Of a stretch of DNA of 64,000 nucleotides, positions 9,011-17,288 are shown piece by piece; the first letter of the stretch is position 1; each line of letters opens with the position of its first letter. This DNA comes from an uncultured Gemmatimonadales bacterium (GTDB lineage Bacteria; Gemmatimonadota; Gemmatimonadetes; Longimicrobiales; RSA9): the NCBI GenBank assembly GCA_963798845.1, contig CAWCUS010000003.1, forward strand, positions 1 to 64,000, in the 5' to 3' direction. The notes under the pieces were generated by a model, which was given only the letters and a program-made list of their open reading frames with translations, had not been told where the DNA came from and ran no database searches. The translations under genes and the position numbers were made by a program.

Positions 9011-9801
9011 TCGCTCGCCGGGTGGCATCGGCAACCTCCTCGACCCGGTATCCTTCGACGGGTGCCCCCTGGGTCAGGGGGGAGCCCCGCCGTGCGTGCG
9101 ACGCGCCGTTGCCGCCCGTCCATGCCCTCGGTGAGGGTCAGGGGGTCCGGCTCCCGAGGGCCGGAGCACCGTCCTGTGGGGCGTCTCGTGCGGCCCGCGC
9201 CGACGCCTGCGCCACCACCTTTGCACGGTCGACGCGGCGCGCACAAGGACTTCGCCACCCCCATGCTCGCGGCGCACGCCACTTTCGCCGGCGGCGGGAT
9301 CCCGTACGCGTGCGCGGCGGAGCGAAGGGAACGACACCATGGACGGGTGCACGCCGGACTACGCGATCTACGCCCGGGCGCTCCCTGAAAAAGGGAAACC
9401 TGCCCGACCCGAAGGCCAGACAGGTCCCTGGAGCGGCGGTGGGGCCGGGACCCCCCCGCACAGCTCCCCATCTCCCGCCGCAACCCTCCCCTGTTTTGAC
9501 CTCCCAATGGCCACGGCAGGCGGGTGTTCGACCTTGCAAGGATCGGTGCCGAAGCTCGGGATTCGCGGATCTCATTGCGATACCGGACGTTCCGGATTCC
9601 GGGCCGTCCTGCCCGGCATGGCGAGGCGTCGCGGTCCGCTACACGGTGTCGTCCCGCCATGGTGCAGGGTCGTCGGGCATCCCGCCGCTGGTTGGACCGT
9701 AAGTAGCTGACAAGCAACCAATTGATCGAGGATGCCGACGCTGGCCCGGGACGTGTATCGAGAAATGGCGTCAACCGCGGCGATCTTCCAGGACCAGCGA
9801 C

Positions 9802-10845
9802 ATGCTAATCAGCGACGAAGCCATCCGCCGTTCCACGATCCTCGCCGTGGACGACGATCCCGCATCGCTCCGCCTCATCGCGGCGCTGCTGGAGGCCGAA
9901 GGCTTCGAGAACGTGGTGACCACCACAGAGCCGGGGGAGGTGCTGGAGCTGTTCGCCCGGCGGCAGCCGGACCTGCTGATCCTGGACCTGCACATGCCCG
10001 GCCGGAACGGGCTGGAAGTGATGCGGGACCTGCGGCCCTGGATCCGGGCGACGGGGTTCCTGCCCGTGGTGATGCTGACGGGTGACGCCACACAGGAGTC
10101 GCGTCAGGAAGCGCTGAAGAGCGGCGCCATGGACTTCCTGACGAAGCCGTTCGACTCGACGGAGGTTTCGCTCCGGATCCGGAACCTGCTGGCGACGCGC
10201 CACATGCACGTGCGGATCGAGAGCCAGAACCAGCTGCTGGAGCAGCTGGTGACCGAGCGCACGTCGGACCTGGAAGAGGCGAGGCTGGAGATCCTCGACA
10301 GGCTGGCGAGGGCGGCGGAGTTCCGGGATGACGACACGGGGGAGCACACGCGTCGCGTGGGCGAGCTGGCGAAGGCCATCTCGCTGGTGCTGGGCTACAG
10401 CGCGGAGGACGCGGACCTCCTGCGGCGGGCGGCGCCGCTGCACGACCTGGGGAAGATCGGGATCCCGGACGCGGTGCTGCTGAAGCCCGGCAGCCTGTCG
10501 GACCGGGAGTACCGGGTGATGCGCGGCCACACGCTGATCGGCGCGCAGATCCTGTCGGGGAGCGACGTCCCTCTGCTGCATACGTCATCGGCGATTGCGC
10601 TCACGCACCACGAGCGCTGGGACGGCCGGGGCTACCCGGAGGGGATGCGCGGCTCGGACATTCCGATGGTGGGGCGGATCGTGGCCGTGGCCGATGTCTT
10701 CGACGCGCTCACGCACAAGCGACCGTACAAGGAGGCGTGGCCCATGGATCGGGCCATCGACGAGCTCCAGGCCCAGGCGGGTGAGCAGTTCGACCCGGCG
10801 GTGGTGGAGGCCTTCATGTACCAGTTCAGCCGAAACGGCGTGTAG
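9802..10845 (+). CDS. RpfG-family response regulator, REC + HD-GYP phosphodiesterase
   Basis: [40 protein letters not shown]. Confidence 0.95.
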   Translation: MLISDEAIRRSTILAVDDDPASLRLIAALLEAEGFENVVTTTEPGEVLELFARRQPDLLILDLHMPGRNGLEVMRDLRPWIRATGFLPVVMLTGDATQESRQEALKSGAMDFLTKPFDSTEVSLRIRNLLATRHMHVRIESQNQLLEQLVTERTSDLEEARLEILDRLARAAEFRDDDTGEHTRRVGELAKAISLVLGYSAEDADLLRRAAPLHDLGKIGIPDAVLLKPGSLSDREYRVMRGHTLIGAQILSGSDVPLLHTSSAIALTHHERWDGRGYPEGMRGSDIPMVGRIVAVADVFDALTHKRPYKEAWPMDRAIDELQAQAGEQFDPAVVEAFMYQFSRNGV

Positions 10846-10863
10846 GCCGCGAGGAGTCGACGC

Positions 10864-13158
10864 ATGTCACCGTTCGCATGGATGCAGGGCCTCCTTTCGG
10901 GGGATCGCAGCGCACCGCCGCAGGATGTCGCGGCCGACGTGTTCGACCGCCTCGATCGGCTGCAGGAGCAGTCAATGGAGTGGAGCGAGATCCCGGGCGC
11001 GGTCGCGGAGCTGGCCGCGCCAGCGCTGTGTGACTGGTGCGTGATCACGCTGAAGCGAGGGGACGGGGAGGCCGGCCAGGAGCAGCGGGTGGTGGGCCAT
11101 CCGTCGGAGACCGAGCGCGAAATCCTGGCCCGGGTCATGGAGCGGGACCCGCTGGAGATCAACCAGCAGCACGTCAACGCCATGGTGGCCGAGGTCCTCA
11201 CGACGGGGCGACTCCGGATCATCCGCCCCACACGCGACTGGAGCCTCCGCTACTACGGCACGAACCCCGCGGAACGGTACGCGCTCGACCAGCTGGCACC
11301 GCAGTGGATCGTGTGCCACCCGCTGGCGAGCCGCGGCTCCACCATCGGGGCCATCACCTTCGCCCTCGTGGGCCGGGACATGGACCACCAGGGGCAGGAG
11401 CAGCGCGCCCGCTTCGCGACCCGGACCGCCCTCATCCTGGGGTACGTCCGCAACATCGACCAGCTCGACCTCGCCCGGCGCGACCTCCGCCAGGTCACGC
11501 AGCACGTCTATTCCATACTGGACCGGGACTTCAGCGCCGTAGCCACCGTGGACCGGGACTGGCAGCTGACCTACGTGAACCGCGCCGCGGAGGAGCTGCT
11601 CGGGCTGCGGGGGGACCCGGACCTGGGCCGCAGCCTGCTCCAGGCGCTCCCGCCCAAGGCCATGGAGTCGCCGCTCTGGGACCTCTGTCTGCGCGCGCTG
11701 AACCGTGGACACGGTGGCGCCAGCCGCTTCGTCGAGTCGTGGACGGGGCGGAACCGGTGGGTGGAGGTGCGGACGCACCCGCTGAGCGGAGGCGGCGCGG
11801 CGATCTACGTGCGCGACGTCACGGACGAGAAGGAGCGGGAGGAGCGGCTGAAGCAGCACGAGGAGGAGCTGCGGGAAGCCCAGAAGCTGGAGTCGATCGG
11901 GCGCCTGGCGGGCGGCGTCGCCCACGACTTCAACAACATCCTGATGGCCATCAACGGGCACACCGAGCTGGCCATGCGGACGATCCCGGCAGACCATCCC
12001 AGCCGCTCATCGCTCGAAGAGGTCCGGCAGTCTGCCCAGCGAGCCGCCCACCTCACGCGCCAGCTCCTGACATACAGTCGCAAGAGCGCACAGCAGCGCA
12101 GGCCCGTGGACTTCCCGTCCATCGTGGCCGCGCTGGAGGCCAGCCTGCTCCGCCTGGTGGGTGAGGACGTGGAGATGAGCGTGCGCGCGGCGCCCGACAT
12201 TCCGGCGGTGCTCGCCGATCCGAACCAGCTGGAACAGATCGTCCTCAACCTCGCCGTGAACGCCCGCGACGCAATGCCGCAGGGCGGACGGCTGAAGCTG
12301 GGCCTCGAGCGGCGGAGCCGGATCGAGCACAGCGTCGACGCGGCGGTGACCACGCCCGCCGACGGCTGGGTGCTCTTCTCCGTCACCGACAGCGGCGTCG
12401 GCATCCCGCCCGAGATCCTTCCGCACATCTTCGAGCCGTTCTTCACCACCAAGTCCCACCGCACCGGCACCGGACTCGGTCTCTCCACGGTGCAGGGCAT
12501 CGTTCGCCAGCACGGCGGCGCCATCGGCGTCGTGAGCGCCGAGGGAAGCGGCACCACCATCCACATCTACCTCCCGGCGTGCGCCGCCGGGATCGCGCTT
12601 CCCACGCCACGCCCCGCGATCTCCGAGCCGTTCTCCTTCACACCGGCCACGAACTCCGCGCTTCCGCACGCCGGAACGGTGGCGGGCCCGGACTCCGGCG
12701 CGAGCGCGAACGTCGGCCGGGAGCGGAGCGCCGACACCGGAGCGGAGGGCCCGCGGCCGCCCCGCGCGACCATCCTCGTGGCCGAGGACGAGAAGCAGGT
12801 CCTCCAGTTCATCACGGCCACGCTCGAAGCCGAGGGCTACCGGGTCATCCCCGCCGGCAACGGGGCGGAGGCCCTGGCAGTGGCAAAGCGGCACGGGCAG
12901 CCCATCGACCTGCTGCTCACCGATGTGGTCATGCCGTTCATGGGCGGCCCCGAGCTCTCGGTCAAGCTCACCAAGCAGGACGAGCGCGTGCGCGTGGTCT
13001 ACATGTCCGGCTACGCCGAGAACGTCATCAACCAGAACGGCGATGTCCCGGCCGGCGTCATGCTCCTGGACAAACCCTTCTCCGCCAGCCGGCTCCTCGA
13101 GGTCATCGATGATGCCATCGCCGGCAGGGTGACCGCCGCCCCCTGCCTCACGGGATAG
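10864..13158 (+). CDS. Hybrid sensor histidine kinase (GAF-like, PAS, HisKA, HATPase, REC)
   Basis: GGVAHDFNNIL H-box, NLAVNARDAM, DSGVGI, FFTTK, GTGLGL, C-terminal LLLTDVVMP. Confidence 0.95.
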   Translation: MSPFAWMQGLLSGDRSAPPQDVAADVFDRLDRLQEQSMEWSEIPGAVAELAAPALCDWCVITLKRGDGEAGQEQRVVGHPSETEREILARVMERDPLEINQQHVNAMVAEVLTTGRLRIIRPTRDWSLRYYGTNPAERYALDQLAPQWIVCHPLASRGSTIGAITFALVGRDMDHQGQEQRARFATRTALILGYVRNIDQLDLARRDLRQVTQHVYSILDRDFSAVATVDRDWQLTYVNRAAEELLGLRGDPDLGRSLLQALPPKAMESPLWDLCLRALNRGHGGASRFVESWTGRNRWVEVRTHPLSGGGAAIYVRDVTDEKEREERLKQHEEELREAQKLESIGRLAGGVAHDFNNILMAINGHTELAMRTIPADHPSRSSLEEVRQSAQRAAHLTRQLLTYSRKSAQQRRPVDFPSIVAALEASLLRLVGEDVEMSVRAAPDIPAVLADPNQLEQIVLNLAVNARDAMPQGGRLKLGLERRSRIEHSVDAAVTTPADGWVLFSVTDSGVGIPPEILPHIFEPFFTTKSHRTGTGLGLSTVQGIVRQHGGAIGVVSAEGSGTTIHIYLPACAAGIALPTPRPAISEPFSFTPATNSALPHAGTVAGPDSGASANVGRERSADTGAEGPRPPRATILVAEDEKQVLQFITATLEAEGYRVIPAGNGAEALAVAKRHGQPIDLLLTDVVMPFMGGPELSVKLTKQDERVRVVYMSGYAENVINQNGDVPAGVMLLDKPFSASRLLEVIDDAIAGRVTAAPCLTG

Positions 13159-13538
13159 TCGGGCCCGACGAGGATACCCGTCAGTACCAAACGCTCGCGA
13201 GACCTCCCGGTCCGACGCACGACCGCCCCCCGGATCATGGGAGGATTCCGGCCCGCTGCCGCATCTCGATATCAGCGCAACCCAGCGCGCTCTGGACGGT
13301 GGCGATCGTGGCACATACCGTTGAGTACGGTTGCGTCAGCGGCGTCGGGGCCTGGCGGACCTGGAGGACGCCTGACACGTGAGAGGCGGGAAATGTGCGC
13401 GATAGAGAGCGAGGAGCGGGAGATCGCCGGAGTTCCTGCGGCGACGAGGGAGGACGGAATCGGTTTCACGGAATAGGCGGCGCGAGACCGGGCCGGGCCG
13501 GGTCGCGGGTGGCGAGGCCGGTCCGGCGCAGGGCCGCG

Positions 13539-14780
13539 ATGGAGGCCGCGCTGGGGTGGTGCGTGGCTGTGGTGGCGGCGCTGGCCCCGTGCAGCGGGCC
13601 GGTCGTGGCCCAGGAGGCTGCCCCGGCGTCGGCCTCGCCGGAACCGGTGGTCAGAGCAGTGCTCTTCTTCTCTCCGGCGTGTCCACACTGCCGTGAGGTG
13701 ATGCAGGACCACCTGCCGCCGCTGGTGGCCCGGTACGGCGACCGCCTGCGCATCGCCGCGGTGGACGTGACGACGGAGGGCGGGCAGGCGCTGTACCAGG
13801 CCACTGTCCTCCACTTCAACCTGCCGCGCCAGCGAATCGGCGTGCCGACTCTGGTGGTCGGCTCGACAGTGCTCGTCGGGTCGGAGGAGATCCCCACCAT
13901 GCTTCCCGCCCTGGTCGAGCGGGGCCTGAGCAATGGGGGGGTGGACTGGCCACGAGTCGCGCTGGTCCGGGAGGCGCTCGCGCAGGTGGGATCCGCGGCA
14001 CAGGGCGGAACCCTGAACCGAGCCTCGATCGGGGCCTCGACGGAAGCGCTGTCCGAGGCGCCGACGGACGCGCCGACGGCGGCCCGCACGGAAGCGCCGA
14101 CAGCGGCCGCGGAGGATGGGCCGGCCGGGGCGGAGGAGGATGGGCCGGCCGGGACGGCGGGGGCGGTGACGACGCTGGAGGCCGCGGAGCACGTGGGGCC
14201 GGGGTCGTCGTTCGTGGGCGAACGGTTCCTGCGTGATCCGGCGGGGAACTCGGCGTCGGTGGCGACGCTGCTGCTGCTGGCGGCGGCGCTCGCGGTGGGG
14301 ATGGCGCCGGTGTTCGGTCGTGTCGCCCGGCTCCCGTCGTTTCCCGGCTGGGTGACGCCGGTGCTGGCGCTGGCAGGGATGGGCGTGGCCGCCTATATGG
14401 CGTTCGTGGAAGTAACGGGCGCGGAGGCTGTGTGCGGGCCCGTGGGGGATTGCAACACGGTGCAGCAGAGCGACTACGCGCGGCTGTTCGGGGTGCTGCC
14501 GGTGGGCGTGCTGGGGCTGGCCGGCTACGCTGCGCTCCTGGTCGCCTGGGTGACGGGCGAGCTCGCGCGCGGCCCCTGGAAGAGGATGGCGCCGATGGTG
14601 CTGTGGGGAGTCGCCCTGGTAGCGACGCTGTTCTCCACCTACCTGACCTTCCTGGAGCCGTTCGTGATCGGGGCCACCTGCGCCTGGTGCCTGTCGTCGG
14701 CGGTCATTGCCGGGCTGCTCCTCCTGGCGACGACGGCCGCGCTCCCATCGCGCGCCCTCCCGCTTCGCGGCGCCGCGTGA
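13539..14780 (+). CDS. Thioredoxin-domain / vitamin K epoxide reductase (VKOR) fusion
   Basis: Signal peptide, FFSPACPHC; C-terminal CGPVGDCNTVQQS and CAWC with TM helices; start could be GTG 13509. Confidence 0.88.
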   Translation: MEAALGWCVAVVAALAPCSGPVVAQEAAPASASPEPVVRAVLFFSPACPHCREVMQDHLPPLVARYGDRLRIAAVDVTTEGGQALYQATVLHFNLPRQRIGVPTLVVGSTVLVGSEEIPTMLPALVERGLSNGGVDWPRVALVREALAQVGSAAQGGTLNRASIGASTEALSEAPTDAPTAARTEAPTAAAEDGPAGAEEDGPAGTAGAVTTLEAAEHVGPGSSFVGERFLRDPAGNSASVATLLLLAAALAVGMAPVFGRVARLPSFPGWVTPVLALAGMGVAAYMAFVEVTGAEAVCGPVGDCNTVQQSDYARLFGVLPVGVLGLAGYAALLVAWVTGELARGPWKRMAPMVLWGVALVATLFSTYLTFLEPFVIGATCAWCLSSAVIAGLLLLATTAALPSRALPLRGAA

Positions 14781-14893
14781 CGTCGAAGGCCCGCCGCGAC
14801 AGGCACCGAACATCCTTGATGTCAAGGCGGGAACGGCCGACATTCCACCGAATCCGACAGTCACAGCCCCGTTCCTCTTCCCGCGAGGTGGTG

Positions 14894-15457
14894 ATGGTAA
14901 CGCTCCCCGCCCTCTGGCTTCCCATCCTGCTGGCCACGGTCGCCGTGTTCCTGGTGAGCTTCGTGGTGCACTCCGTGATCAACTATCACGCTTCCGACCA
15001 TGCGGGCCTCGCCAACGAGGAAGCCGTGGCCGCGGCACTTCGTGAGTCCAACGCGGCCCCCGGCCTGTACACGTTGCCGTACGCGCGAAACATGGAGGAG
15101 ATGGGGACACCCGAATACGTGCAGAAGATGACCCGCGGCCCCGTGGCGCTGATCACCTTCCGGAAGCCGGGTCCGCCCACGATGACGGGCTATCTGGCCG
15201 GCTGGTTCGTGTTCTGCCTGGTGGTCAGCGTGTTCGCGGCGTACATCGCCGGCGTCGCGCTCGCCCCGGGCGCCGGCTTCTGGGACGTGTTCCGTTTCAC
15301 CGGCGCCGTAGCGTTCGTGGCGTACGGGGTGGGCCCGTGGGTGGAAACGGTCTGGTGGGGGCGGCGGGTCGACGTCGCCCTGAAGAACACGCTCGACGCC
15401 ATCCTCTACACGCTGGCGACGGGCGCCGTCTTCGGCTGGCTCTGGCCTTCCATGTAG
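14894..15457 (+). CDS. Conserved hypothetical membrane protein
   Basis: MVTLPALWLPILL..., about four TM helices, GAGG RBS. Confidence 0.75.
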   Translation: MVTLPALWLPILLATVAVFLVSFVVHSVINYHASDHAGLANEEAVAAALRESNAAPGLYTLPYARNMEEMGTPEYVQKMTRGPVALITFRKPGPPTMTGYLAGWFVFCLVVSVFAAYIAGVALAPGAGFWDVFRFTGAVAFVAYGVGPWVETVWWGRRVDVALKNTLDAILYTLATGAVFGWLWPSM

Positions 15458-15497
15458 CCGGGCCGGCGGAGGCCGAGGCCGGGCCGGGGAGGCGGCG

Positions 15498-15860
15498 TCA
15501 CCCGCGTCGCCCGGGCTTCCCGGTGTACGCCGCCTCGCCCGCGGCCGTCAGCTTCTCGCGCCAGAGCTGCTCGAGCGCGCGGAGGTCGTCGGCCGCGTCG
15601 TAGCCGGCGCGGTCCGGCGGCTCGAGGGTGTCCAGGACCTCGAAGTCGAAGCCCCCGGGCCCGAGCGCCTTCCAGTCGCGCTGGAGCTCCTGGTCCGGGT
15701 GGAGCCCCATGCGAAGCTGGGCGCGGTGGCGGTTCAGGATCGAGGGGACATCCACGCTGCTCCCCAGCAGCGAGCGCCGGGCCGCGCGGTTGCGGACGCG
15801 GTACACCCCCATCGGGCGCGGGGTGTCCTTGTAGTCGCGGGTCGCCTTCTTCCGGTCCAT
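15498..15860 (-). CDS. Small GIY-YIG nuclease-family protein
   Basis: MGVYRVRN...LLGSS..LNRHRAQL...LQRDW...FDFEVLD. Confidence 0.8.
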   Translation of the reverse strand: MDRKKATRDYKDTPRPMGVYRVRNRAARRSLLGSSVDVPSILNRHRAQLRMGLHPDQELQRDWKALGPGGFDFEVLDTLEPPDRAGYDAADDLRALEQLWREKLTAAGEAAYTGKPGRRG

Positions 15861-16031
15861 TCCCTGGCTCCGTCGGTCGCCGCGCCGGGTCCGGGGCGCA
15901 GCCGGCCCGGCTGCCGGCCGATGCGTGGCAGCGGGTACGAAGATAGCATGGTGCAATCGGCGTCGTGAGCGCGGGAGGCGAACGGTCCCGGGAAGGCACT
16001 CCGCATCCGCGGCGCCAGCGCGGGAGGGCAC

Positions 16032-16457
16032 ATGGCCACGGTACAGGTCCGCTACATCGTCCTGGATGTGAACGCGGCGATCGCATTCTACACGGGGCAG
16101 CTCGGCTTCGAGCTGGTGATGCACCCCGCGCCGCCATTCGCGATGCTGCGGCGCGGCGACCTGCGGCTGGTGCTGAGCGCGCCGACCCCATCGGCGGGCG
16201 GGGGACAGACCCTGCAGGACGGCCGTACGCAGGAACCCGGCGGCTGGAACCGCTTCGCGATCGAAGTGCCTGACCTGGATGTCGAGGTGAGCAGGCTGCG
16301 GGACGCGGGCGCCCACTTCCGCGGCCACGTCGTGGAGGGTGTCGGCGTGCGCCAGGTCATCGTGGACGACCCCTCCGGCAACCCCGTGGAGCTGTTCCAG
16401 GCGATGCGCGAGGAAGCCCGCCTGGCGGGGCCGCCGCGGGGGCGGCCGGGCGGATGA
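16032..16457 (+). CDS. VOC/glyoxalase family protein
   Basis: VRYIVLDVNAAIAFY, PGGWNRF, DDPSGNPVELFQ; GGAGG RBS. Confidence 0.9.
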   Translation: MATVQVRYIVLDVNAAIAFYTGQLGFELVMHPAPPFAMLRRGDLRLVLSAPTPSAGGGQTLQDGRTQEPGGWNRFAIEVPDLDVEVSRLRDAGAHFRGHVVEGVGVRQVIVDDPSGNPVELFQAMREEARLAGPPRGRPGG

Positions 16458-16604
16458 GAGCCCGCGACGCCACCCGCGGACCTGGTTCCGATCGTCGCTT
16501 TCCACCGGATCCGCCACGCCGCTGGCCCGAGACGACATGGAGGCTCCCGGGCCAGTGAGTCCGGGCTCGATCCGGCGAACGACTCCAGCCGCTGCCATGC
16601 CCAC

Positions 16605-16725
16605 GAGGCCCGCGGGTGGAGGCCCGCGGTGGGGGCCCGCGGGTGGAGGCTCGCGGGTGGAGGTCCGCGGGTGGAGGTCCGCGGGTGGAGGTCCGCGGGT
16701 GGAGGTCCGCGGGTGGAGGCCCGCG
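16605..16725. repeat. 14-bp tandem repeat (GAGGTCCGCGGGTG), 8 copies plus a partial
   Basis: Directly visible; four identical units plus variants. Confidence 0.9.
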
Positions 16726-16924
16726 TACGCGGTCCCGGGTCCGCGGGTGGGCGTCCCACATCCGGACACCGGCGCGGACGCTCCGGGCCCGCTCAAACTC
16801 ACCGCAACCCTTTCCTGACCAAGGACTTGCCGCCCACACGCCGGTCCGGGCACGGTCCTTCCCCACGGTTGCGCGTGCCCTGAGGTCGTCGCGCACGTGA
16901 TCCCCGAACCGGACCGCCGGTCCC

Positions 16925-17173
16925 ATGAAGAGCTGGCCGCAGACCTTACGTTCCCTCTTTCGCACGCCCGGCTTTACGCTGGTCGCCGCAGCCTCGCTCG
17001 CTGTCGGAATCGGCGCGAGCACGGCCTTCGCCGTGCTGGACACGGTGCTGCGGCGGCCGCTTCCCCACCCGGACGGCGCTCGGGTGGTGCGGGTGTGGAA
17101 CCGGTGGGAGGGGTCGTCCGAGGCCTCGCGGGCGACACGCGTCGATCCGCTGGGGGCGCTGCGAACCGAGTGA
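16925..17173 (+). pseudogene. Internally deleted ADOP/MacB-like permease remnant (82 aa)
   Basis: N-terminal RSLFRTPGFTLVAAASLAVGIGA...LRRPLPHPD joined to the family C-terminus RATRVDPLGALRTE. Confidence 0.75.
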
Positions 17174-17288
17174 TCGCCGGGGTGGGCCGACGACGGTGAC
17201 CCGGCTCGCCGCCGTCCGGAGTACCGCCGCCCGACCGCCGCATTGGCAATGCCGGGAGAGACCCCCCACACACCTGGAGACCCCCCCG

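Noticed and set aside
9380..9450. c-di-GMP riboswitch upstream of the HD-GYP gene
   Set aside because: A hairpin is possible, but I could not match the conserved class I or II core by eye; an Infernal scan is needed.
13309..13324. Sigma54 promoter TGGCACATACCGTTGA
   Set aside because: The -12 element is misspaced and lacks GC.
15498..15860. GIY-YIG gene as a homing endonuclease or mobile element
   Set aside because: Short stand-alone type with no intron or intein context and no DNA-binding extension.
16605..16725. CRISPR array (also considered for 8623-8706 and 56536-56643)
   Set aside because: Units are directly adjacent with no unique spacers, are too short, and there are no cas genes.
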